In this document: positions 56,809-64,000 of the stretch, piece by piece
Layout of the letters: each line of letters begins with the position of its first letter
How positions within the stretch are numbered: position 1 is the first letter of the stretch
Source of the DNA: Calditrichota bacterium
GTDB taxonomy: Bacteria > CLD3
Reading direction: 5' to 3'
Assembly: GCA_008501735.1 (NCBI GenBank)
Contig: QQUF01000033.1
Location: forward strand, 65,727 to 129,726
Length of the DNA: 64,000 nt
Program-made: the position numbers and the translations under genes
The notes under the pieces: model-generated
What the model was told of the DNA's origin: nothing
The model's database searches: none
What the model saw: only the letters and a program-made list of their open reading frames with translations

Positions 56809-57783
56809 TTAGAAATTTCCGAGTTCAGAACACCTAACCCAATGATTCGGCTCAATTTCGATTAATTCTGGTTCCGGTTCATTTTTGCATTTTTCAGTTG
56901 CGTATTTACACCTTGTATGAAAATGACAACCACTCGGAAAGCTCGTTGGATTTGGAACGTTTCCTTCAATAATTTCTAATCTTTCGACTTCCGCTCCAAG
57001 TTTTGGAATTGAGTTAATTAAACCTAATGTGTAAGGGTGTCTTGGATTTTTGAAAATTGTTCTCACATCACCAGTTTCTACAACTTTACTTGCATACATT
57101 ACTACAACTCTATCACAAACCTCTGCGACAACTCCCAAATCGTGAGTAATTAAAATTACAGCCATATTCATTTCTGTTTGTAAACGAGCCATTAGTTCAA
57201 GAATTTGAGCTTGAACAGTTACGTCCAAAGCTGTTGTCGGTTCGTCAGCAATCAAAAGTGAAGGATTACAAGAAAGTCCCATAGCAATCATTACTCTTTG
57301 CCTCATTCCACCAGAAAGTTGATGCGGATATTCGTCAACTCTTTTTTCAGGGTCAGGAATATTTACTAAGTCAAGCATTTCAATTGCACGGTTTCGAGCT
57401 GCTTCCTTATCTAAATTTTGGTGAAGCATTACGGCTTCTTGAATTTGGTCTCCAACTGTAAAAACAGGGTTTAACGAAGTCATCGGTTCTTGGAAAATCA
57501 TAGCAATTTCATTTCCACGAATTTTTCTCATCTCGTCTTCTTCTAATTTTAGAAGATTTTGACCTTTAAAAATGATTTCTCCGCTTACAATTTCTCCAGG
57601 AGGTTTTGGTATCAATTGCATAATCGAAAGTGAAGTAACACTTTTTCCACAACCTGACTCACCAACAATTCCGAGTGTTTCACCTTCGTTAACGAAAAAA
57701 TCTACACCATCAACAGCTGTTGCAGTTCCACTGTCAGTTTGAAAATATGTTCTGAGATTATTTACTTCGAGGAGTTTACCCAT
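56809..57783 (-). CDS. ABC transporter ATP-binding protein (OppD/DppD-type).
   Basis: LLEVNNLRTYF...GESGCGKS...LSGGMRQRV...LLIADEPTTALD. The C-terminus has an oligopeptide-transporter-type Cys-rich tail. Confidence 0.85.
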   Translation of the reverse strand: MGKLLEVNNLRTYFQTDSGTATAVDGVDFFVNEGETLGIVGESGCGKSVTSLSIMQLIPKPPGEIVSGEIIFKGQNLLKLEEDEMRKIRGNEIAMIFQEPMTSLNPVFTVGDQIQEAVMLHQNLDKEAARNRAIEMLDLVNIPDPEKRVDEYPHQLSGGMRQRVMIAMGLSCNPSLLIADEPTTALDVTVQAQILELMARLQTEMNMAVILITHDLGVVAEVCDRVVVMYASKVVETGDVRTIFKNPRHPYTLGLINSIPKLGAEVERLEIIEGNVPNPTSFPSGCHFHTRCKYATEKCKNEPEPELIEIEPNHWVRCSELGNF

Positions 57784-58104
57784 TTTCTGTTTCCTGTAAA
57801 CTTAGTTTTGGTTTGAGAATTGGACTAAAAATAAATGAAAAAAATAATTTTAGGTAAGTTTTTTAGAACAATAGTTCGGACATTTTTAAGATTTTCCATT
57901 TTTCAAAAAATAAACTGCGTATAGACGCACGGCTGTGCATCTCTAAAACATAAATTTCATAAAAATCTGAAATGTCTGAACCATTTTTAGAATAAAAATT
58001 AAGTGTAAGCTTTAAATTTTGGGAAAGTTTTATCTTTTTAAAATCTTGATTTTTAAATTTCAATTTTAATCGTATTTTCAAGTCAACTAGTAAGCGAGAA
58101 AAAA

Positions 58105-58536
58105 TTGAATACCAAACCCAAAATCCTAATTACAGACGATGAGTTTTCAAACACATTTGTCTTGAAGAAATTTCTTAGTAAAGAGTACGAAGTCAAAACT
58201 GCCAGAAATGGTAAAGAGACAATTGAACTCATAAAGACCTTTGAACCTGATTTATTACTTTTAGACATTGTTATGCCTGAAATTTCCGGTTTAGAAGTCT
58301 GCGAAGTTCTCACACAAGATGAGAAGTTTTCAGATATGCCGATAATTTTGATTACTTCGAAATCGACTGCTAACGATATTCAAAAAGGCTTTGAAGCAGG
58401 TGCAACAGATTATCTAGCAAAACCATTTTCCAAGGTTGAGTTAGAAGCTCGAATCAAAACTGCACTTCGATTTAGAAAAGTTGCACTTGAAAGAACTCAA
58501 CTTAGAAAAGAATTTGAGAAACTAAATTCTAAGTAA
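58105..58536 (+). CDS. Stand-alone response regulator receiver (CheY-like). Apparent TTG start.
   Basis: KILITDDE...LLLLDIVMP...ILITSKSTANDIQKGFEAGATDYLAKP. There is no output domain. There is no in-frame ATG upstream of TTG at 58105 (the nearest in-frame stop is at 58054). Confidence 0.75.
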   Translation: MNTKPKILITDDEFSNTFVLKKFLSKEYEVKTARNGKETIELIKTFEPDLLLLDIVMPEISGLEVCEVLTQDEKFSDMPIILITSKSTANDIQKGFEAGATDYLAKPFSKVELEARIKTALRFRKVALERTQLRKEFEKLNSK

Positions 58537-58546
58537 AAACATTAGT

Positions 58547-59464
58547 CTAATTTTCTAATAAATTTTCAAAGATTCTTGGAATTTCTTCAAAGTCCTGTCC
58601 AAAGTTCAATTCAAAACATTGGCAATCATTTAAAATTGATTGCATTTTACTTAGCTGAGATTTCACTGCTCTGAAATCGCTTAGCGTAAGCGAAAGCGAC
58701 AGAAGTTTTGAAAATGCTTCTGATTTTTCTAATTTTGATAAACTACTTTTGCCTTTAATAATTTTTGGAAAAACGAAAATTTTTGGAATTGCTTTTTCCG
58801 TCGTTTCGAAAGTATTTTTAGAAACTAAGGCTTTACCTTGATAAGAAACTTCTTCATTTAAATTAAGATTTAGAAGTCTTTGAGACTCTTCGGTAAGTTT
58901 CACAGGAGTTGGGAAAGCAAAACAGAAATTGCTCTCTTCTTCAAAAAATATCCTGTCATCAGAAACAAGTTTGAATCCATTTTGGGAAAGAAGGTAAGAA
59001 AGTGTGGTTTTACCATTTCCAGAAGCTCCAGGAATCACGACACAAAAATCATTTTTTGCTACGCAACCTGCGTGCAGAAAATAATATCCATTTTTCCTCA
59101 AAACCTCAACAAGTGCAATCTCAAACATCCAATCAAAAAAAACATCAGTTCTTTCACACAAAAATTCTTCAACATAAAATTTGCATTCATCGCTTTTAAT
59201 TTCGCAGAAACTTCCGTCTCTTTTAAAAACGATGTAAAAAGAATCATTCTCACGATAATAATCTAAATTTGGAGTTGAGTGAACTTTTGGAGAATCTATT
59301 TGAAATTTAGAATTTGATTTTAAAATTTCAAATTTGAAGGAGGGTTTTACATTATTTTGCTTTGGAAAATATTTTTCAATTTCAGAGAAATACTTACTGT
59401 CAAAATCCGTAACAGAAAAAATAAATCTCTGAAATCGAAAAAATTTTATGTTCTTTTTGCTCAA
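58547..59464 (-). CDS. HprK-related kinase-like protein (C-terminal domain of HPr kinase/phosphorylase; P-loop).
   Basis: HAGCVAKNDFCVVIPGASGNGKTTLSYLLSQNGFKLVSDDRIFF matches the HprK C-terminal kinase core (H.G..v...G.LI.GDSGVGKSE.AL.LI.RGH.LVADD). Confidence 0.55.
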   Translation of the reverse strand: MSKKNIKFFRFQRFIFSVTDFDSKYFSEIEKYFPKQNNVKPSFKFEILKSNSKFQIDSPKVHSTPNLDYYRENDSFYIVFKRDGSFCEIKSDECKFYVEEFLCERTDVFFDWMFEIALVEVLRKNGYYFLHAGCVAKNDFCVVIPGASGNGKTTLSYLLSQNGFKLVSDDRIFFEEESNFCFAFPTPVKLTEESQRLLNLNLNEEVSYQGKALVSKNTFETTEKAIPKIFVFPKIIKGKSSLSKLEKSEAFSKLLSLSLTLSDFRAVKSQLSKMQSILNDCQCFELNFGQDFEEIPRIFENLLEN

Positions 59465-59479
59465 AAGAATAATCTAATT

Positions 59480-60205
59480 TTATGCTTCTTCTGCTTCAAT
59501 TTCAGGCAACAAAATGGCACTACAAGAAGAACAGAAAATATATCTGTCCATTGCACGAACATCAACAACAACTTGTGGCATTAATTTTCTAAAGCAAGCT
59601 CCGCAAGCAGATTTTGTAACTCTTGCAATTCCGACTCTGTTATTGCTTTTTGCTACTCTTGTATATTTTCTTAATATTTTTGCGTCAATTTCAGGAACTA
59701 ATTTCTCGCGTTTTTTAGTTAACTTTTTTTCATCTTTAATTGACTTCTCATCAGTTTCAGCTAATTCTTTTTCTTTCTCGTCAATTTCTTGTTGAATGTC
59801 TTTGGTTTCTTTTTCTAAATCTTCAATTTCTTTTTTGACTTCTTCTTCTTCAGCAATCAAATCGAGAATTTGTTTCTCTAAATCTTCAATTTTCTGTTCT
59901 TGAGTTTCAACTTCTGTATTTATTGCTTCGTACTCTTTATTTGTACTTACTTCATAACGTTGTGCTTGATATTTTTTAATTTTCTCACTTGAAATATCAA
60001 TATCGCCTTGAATTTTTCTTTGTGATTTTTCGATCACTTCAATTTGGCTTTTAAGAGCATTCAAATTGGCATCTTTCAGTTCAAAATCTTCTTTAAGTTC
60101 TGAAATTTGTTCTGGTAATTTACCTCTAGTATTTTTAATGTATTCAAACCCTAAATCTATTTTTTGAAGTTCTTCTAACAATTCCAAATTTTTTCTAATT
60201 GGCAT
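59480..60205 (-). CDS. Coiled-coil protein with a C-terminal C4 zinc-ribbon (zf-RING_7 / DUF164-like).
   Basis: It has a long coiled coil. The C-terminus is CGACFRKL...CSSCSAIL. Confidence 0.65.
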   Translation of the reverse strand: MPIRKNLELLEELQKIDLGFEYIKNTRGKLPEQISELKEDFELKDANLNALKSQIEVIEKSQRKIQGDIDISSEKIKKYQAQRYEVSTNKEYEAINTEVETQEQKIEDLEKQILDLIAEEEEVKKEIEDLEKETKDIQQEIDEKEKELAETDEKSIKDEKKLTKKREKLVPEIDAKILRKYTRVAKSNNRVGIARVTKSACGACFRKLMPQVVVDVRAMDRYIFCSSCSAILLPEIEAEEA

Positions 60206-60417
60206 AATTTGACCTTTCTTGAGTGAATATTGAGCAAAAAAAAAGTGCCTTTACCGATTCGGTTAAAAAGTGCACTTTATCTAAATTTTTAATTTTTGTA
60301 TTTATTTCTAAGAGTTTGGAAATATCATCTATTGGCGGAAATTTGAATTTTTCAAATAATCTGAAATTTTTCATTTGCATAAGATTAAGCAACGATAAAT
60401 TAAGTTAATTAAAAAAG

Positions 60418-60491
60418 TGGGCCCTCAGGGACTTGAACCCTGGACCTACGGATTATGAGTCCGTTGCTCTAACCAACTGAGCTAAAGGCCC
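60418..60491 (-). tRNA. tRNA-Met (anticodon CAT; elongator-type vs Ile2-lysidine not resolved).
   Basis: The minus-strand read is GGGCCTTTAGCTCAGTTGGTTAGAGCAACGGACTCATAATCCGTAGGTCCAGGGTTCAAGTCCCTGAGGGCCCA. It forms a cloverleaf with a 7-bp acceptor stem, GTTCAAG T-loop and CTCATAA anticodon loop. Confidence 0.85.
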
Positions 60492-60521
60492 AATTTTAAA
60501 GAGTAGGAATTAAGATAAAAT

Positions 60522-60550
60522 AAAAATCCCGAATTTACATCGGGATTTTT
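60522..60550. terminator. Bidirectional rho-independent terminator between the two tRNA genes.
   Basis: AAAAATCCCGA-atttaca-TCGGGATTTTT. Confidence 0.65.
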
Positions 60551-60558
60551 ATTTTATA

Positions 60559-60631
<73 letters not shown>

Positions 60632-60767
60632 ACTTACTATTTCTTAGTAAAATTGAGTGCCAAAGATAACACCGCTTATATTTATTGTCAATAAAAAATA
60701 TTGAAGTTTTTTAACAAAAAAATATCCCTTCTTTTAAGAACTTTTAAAATAAAGTCTTAAAGAAAAA

Positions 60768-61733
60768 CTATTTTTTTCTTTTCAACACTTTTTGTGATGC
60801 TTCGATGATTTCTTTACTTGTTAAACCAAACGCTTTCATCAATTCTGAAGGTTTTCCTGACTTGCCGAATCTATCTTTTACAGCAACGAGTTCCATCGGA
60901 ACAGGTGAATTTTGAACTACAACTTCAGAAACGGCTCCACCAAGTCCACCGTGAATTTGATGTTCTTCAGCAGTAACAATTGCTCCTGTTTCTTCACAAG
61001 CCTTAATAATTGCTTCTCTGTCAATTGGTTTGATAGTATGCATATTTAAAACTCGTGCAGAAATTCCATTTTTTCCAAGTTCTTCTGCAGCAACCAATGC
61101 TTCATAAACCATCATCCCACAAGCAATAATTGTTAAATCGCTTCCACTTGCCATTTCAATTGCTTTACCGATTTGAAATGGTGTGTCTTCATTTGTTACA
61201 ACAGGAACATTTTCACGACCGAATCTTAAGTAAAATGGTCCGAAAGTATTTCCAGCAGCAATTGTAGCTTTTCTTGTTTCGTGAATGTCAGAAGGACAAA
61301 TCACAGTCATATTTGGAATTGAACGAATGATTGCAAATTCTTCCATTGCTTGGTGAGTCGCTCCATCAGGTCCAACCGAAATTCCTCCATGAGCCCCACC
61401 AATTTTTACATTTAAATTTGAATAAGCAACTGTTATTCTGATTTGGTCAAGTGAACGAGTAGAAGCAAATGCTCCATAAGTTGCTAAGAAAGGAACTTTT
61501 CCAGTAAGTGAGAGTCCTGCCGCAACACACATCATATTTTGTTCAGCTATTCCAACTTGAACAAATCTTTCAGGATATTTTTCAGCAAAGAAGTTACACA
61601 TAGTAGAGCCATTAAGGTCAGCCGTAAGGACTACAACATTTGGATTTTCGTCGCCTAATGCAACAAGACCTTTTCCCCAACCTTCTCGTGTTTTTTTCAT
61701 TTCTGGCATTATTTTAAAATCTCCATTTTTCAA
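60768..61733 (-). CDS. Transketolase, C-terminal (pyrimidine-binding/TKC) subunit of a split transketolase.
   Basis: GIAEQNMMCVAAGLS...GATHQAMEEF. It lies immediately downstream of the N-terminal subunit gene with a 0-bp gap. Confidence 0.85.
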   Translation of the reverse strand: MKNGDFKIMPEMKKTREGWGKGLVALGDENPNVVVLTADLNGSTMCNFFAEKYPERFVQVGIAEQNMMCVAAGLSLTGKVPFLATYGAFASTRSLDQIRITVAYSNLNVKIGGAHGGISVGPDGATHQAMEEFAIIRSIPNMTVICPSDIHETRKATIAAGNTFGPFYLRFGRENVPVVTNEDTPFQIGKAIEMASGSDLTIIACGMMVYEALVAAEELGKNGISARVLNMHTIKPIDREAIIKACEETGAIVTAEEHQIHGGLGGAVSEVVVQNSPVPMELVAVKDRFGKSGKPSELMKAFGLTSKEIIEASQKVLKRKK

Positions 61734-62594
61734 TTAATTGTTTTCGAGATGAGTTGTCCACTCTTCTAAAGTTGTTCCTAATTCCTTACAAGCAATTTCG
61801 GCTTGTTCTTTATTCGGTGGATTTCCGTGCCAAGTATGCAAATCTTCCATAAAAGAAACACCTTTACCCATTATCGTATTACCAAGAATCACAGTCGGCT
61901 TTCCTTTGGTATTTTTTGCCTCTTCTAAAGCTGCAAGAATTTCTTCAAAATTATGCCCGTCAATTGTAATTACATTCCAATTAAAAGAACGGAATTTTTC
62001 ATCTAAAGGGTGAATTCCCATAATGTCTTCAACATCACCATCAATTTGTTTTCTATTGTAGTCAACAAAAACACAAATATTATCAAGTTTGTAGTGAGCA
62101 GCAAACATTACGGCTTCCCAAATTTGACCTTCTTGAAGTTCCCCATCTCCACAAATTGCATAAACTCTTCTTGAGTGTTTATCCATTCTTGAACCTAAAG
62201 CTGCCCCAACAGCAACTGAAAGTCCTTGGCCAAGTGAACCACCTGAACATTCAATTCCGGGAACGTGAGCTTTACAAGGATGTCCTTCTAAAAAGCCATC
62301 AAGTTTTCTGAATTTTAGTAAGGCATTTTTTTCAAAATAACCTGACTCTGCCATCAAACTATAAATTACAGGTGTGACGTGCCCAATAGAAAAAAACCAC
62401 ATATCTCTTTCGGAGTATTCAGGATTCTTGGGGTCAATATTCATTTCGTTAAAAAATAATGCTGTTCCGTAATCTGTTGAAGAAAGTGAACCGCCAGAAT
62501 GCCCAGAGCCAGCGTAAGTCAACATTGTAATAATGTCTCTTCTGACTTCTAAGGCTTTAGCTTTAAGTTCATCAATATTTAATTTTTTTCGCAA
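61734..62594 (-). CDS. Transketolase, N-terminal (TPP-binding) subunit of a split transketolase.
   Basis: GSGHSGGSLS...GSLGQGLSVAVG...CGDGELQEG. Confidence 0.85.
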   Translation of the reverse strand: MRKKLNIDELKAKALEVRRDIITMLTYAGSGHSGGSLSSTDYGTALFFNEMNIDPKNPEYSERDMWFFSIGHVTPVIYSLMAESGYFEKNALLKFRKLDGFLEGHPCKAHVPGIECSGGSLGQGLSVAVGAALGSRMDKHSRRVYAICGDGELQEGQIWEAVMFAAHYKLDNICVFVDYNRKQIDGDVEDIMGIHPLDEKFRSFNWNVITIDGHNFEEILAALEEAKNTKGKPTVILGNTIMGKGVSFMEDLHTWHGNPPNKEQAEIACKELGTTLEEWTTHLENN

Positions 62595-62710
62595 TGTTTC
62601 AATTCCTTATTTTTATTAAAAAATTTTAAGACTGCCAAGTTAAATAAGAACCTTTGTTTTTCCAAACACTAAGAACTGAAAAAACAACGATTGAAAGACA
62701 AATTTGAGCA

Positions 62711-62749
62711 AAAAAAAAGCAGTCAAAATTAAAAATCTTGTCTGCTTTT
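62711..62749 (-). terminator. Probable rho-independent terminator of csp (imperfect stem followed by a U-run on the minus strand).
   Basis: On the minus strand: GCAGACAAGAT-loop-TTGACTGC-TTTTTTTTT. Confidence 0.45.
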
Positions 62750-62795
62750 GTTCTACAATTTATAAAATATAAACGTAAAATAGTTTTTTTAGGAA

Positions 62796-63014
62796 TTAAC
62801 CAACAATAGTTACATTGTCAGCTTGTGGTCCTTTTTGTCCTTGAACTACTTCAAAAGACACTTTTTGTCCTTCTACTAAAGTTTTTCTTCCAGAACCAGA
62901 ATCAGCTATTGATCTAAAATGAACAAATACATCTGGTCCATTTTCACGTTCAATAAAACCAAATCCTTTTTCGTCATTAAACCATTTAACGACACCTGTT
63001 GATTGATCAGACAT
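62796..63014 (-). CDS. csp: Cold-shock protein (CspA family).
   Basis: [15 protein letters not shown]...DVFVHFRSI. Confidence 0.9.
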   Translation of the reverse strand: MSDQSTGVVKWFNDEKGFGFIERENGPDVFVHFRSIADSGSGRKTLVEGQKVSFEVVQGQKGPQADNVTIVG

Positions 63015-63445
63015 TTAATTACCTCTTTAAAGTTTGAGTTTATTTTAATAGTATAAAAATCATTGTAACAGAACATCTATTAGCAAATAAAAGATTTTAA
63101 GCTATTTAAGTTAAGCACTAAAGGTATGAAATTGATTTTGTTTCGCAAAATATAATTTAAAAGAATTATAAAATGGCTTTGGAAATTGCCTTTATTTTCA
63201 ATAAAACATTCAGTTGAAAATAAAAACCCTGAATTTTGAGGCTTCTTGACAAAATTATTCTTCAAAATTTTGTCGTTAATAAAAAAGGAGAAAATTTAGC
63301 TCAACAAAAATAAGTAGAAAATATACGATTTTTTGCGAATCTCTTTAGAATTGTGAAATTAGGATTCGAAAAATTGTTTTTTGAAAATAGCTTTTTGTTA
63401 AATTGGACCAATATTTTATGCACTTACCACTTTAATTGAAAAAAT

Positions 63446-64000
63446 ATGCCACAACAAATCTTAGCAAATAATCTCACAAAATATTTTGAAGACTTTAGGG
63501 CAGTAAGTTCTGTCTCGTTTGAAGTAAATGAAGGCGAAATTTACGGCTTACTTGGTCCGAACGGAGCTGGTAAAACTACAACTCTGCGTATGCTTTCAGG
63601 AATCTTAAAGCCAAATCAAGGCTTTGTAAAAATTACAAATTTTGACATCCAAGAACAAAAAATTAATGCTTTAAAAAATTTAGGTTTCTTAACTGGAGAC
63701 ACTGGACTTTACGAAAGACTGAACGCAGAAGAAATGATTCGTTACTTCGGTGAACTTTCAGAAGTTGAACCTCAAGTTTTAGAAAATCGAATTAATGAAC
63801 TAATCTCTACTTTTGAAATCTCAGAGTTTAGAAAAAAGCTTTGCGGAAAACTTTCGACAGGGCAAAAACAAAGAGTTTCATTGGCAAGAACTCTGATTCA
63901 CAACCCACAAGTTATAATTTTGGACGAACCGACGACAGGATTAGACATTATTGCAAGTGAACTAATTTTGAAATTTATCCAAAAGGTGAAATCTCAAGGA
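63446..64000 (+). CDS. ABC transporter ATP-binding protein (ABC-2 / drug-efflux type). The N-terminal 185 aa are in the window and it is truncated at the window end.
   Basis: Manual translation gives MPQQILANNLTKYFEDFRAVSSVSFEVNEGEIYGLLGPNGAGKTTTLRMLSG...LSTGQKQRVSLARTLIHNPQVIILDEPTTGLD. Confidence 0.8.
   Translation, partial: MPQQILANNLTKYFEDFRAVSSVSFEVNEGEIYGLLGPNGAGKTTTLRMLSGILKPNQGFVKITNFDIQEQKINALKNLGFLTGDTGLYERLNAEEMIRYFGELSEVEPQVLENRINELISTFEISEFRKKLCGKLSTGQKQRVSLARTLIHNPQVIILDEPTTGLDIIASELILKFIQKVKSQG

Noticed and set aside
57863-58313. Two small ORFs (72 and 76 aa) in the 320-bp gap upstream of the receiver gene, considered as possible RiPP precursors for the HprK-like kinase.
   Set aside because: One overlaps the REC gene. 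Neither has a leader/core-like organisation nor Cys/Ser/Thr-rich core. They are AT-rich low-complexity frames and there is no supporting signal.
60768-62594. Transketolase appearing as two ORFs; a possible pseudogene or frameshift.
   Set aside because: Split N/C-subunit transketolases with abutting stop and start codons are a known genuine arrangement. Both halves are full-length and intact.
63080-63265. 61-aa ORF upstream of csp.
   Set aside because: It lies in the csp promoter/5'UTR region on the same strand as csp. The sequence is low-complexity and there is no support.

Overview
This is a low-GC chromosomal segment. Several secreted proteins carry T9SS C-terminal sorting domains (TIGR04183-type), and the genes lack Shine-Dalgarno sites. 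Together these suggest the FCB group (Bacteroidota / Ignavibacteriae-like), although no marker gene pins this down. The window has three parts.

(i) 1-25.5 kb holds four giant secreted multidomain proteins. One is a 1703-aa S8 protease with MAM, NIDO-like and PKD domains. One is a 2147-aa GH57/GH119-like enzyme with eight starch-binding-like repeats. One is a 1452-aa MAM/CARDB protein with a T9SS tail. The fourth is a PNGase F-like gene that runs off the left edge. They are interleaved with two unusual signalling proteins: a TPR protein ending in a HisKA-only domain, and an adenylate-cyclase-AAA-TPR protein. This part also contains tex.

(ii) 28-36 kb is a housekeeping block. It has the conserved ffh-rpsP-KH-rimM-trmD-rplS operon with the KH gene tandemly duplicated, plus a tartrate/isopropylmalate-dehydrogenase-family gene, yidD and a crotonase.

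(iii) 36-64 kb is a mixed accessory/envelope region. It contains MscS, a 1045-aa coiled-coil P-loop NTPase, GT2 glycosyltransferases and a second T9SS S8 protease. It also has an exopolysaccharide priming cluster, an orphan receiver next to an HprK-related kinase, tRNA-Met and tRNA-Phe, a split transketolase, csp, and the start of an ABC ATPase.

One REP-associated tyrosine transposase (RAYT) is flanked by REP hairpins. The same REP family reappears as a tandem doublet between tex and the next gene. No CRISPR array, rRNA or prophage is visible.
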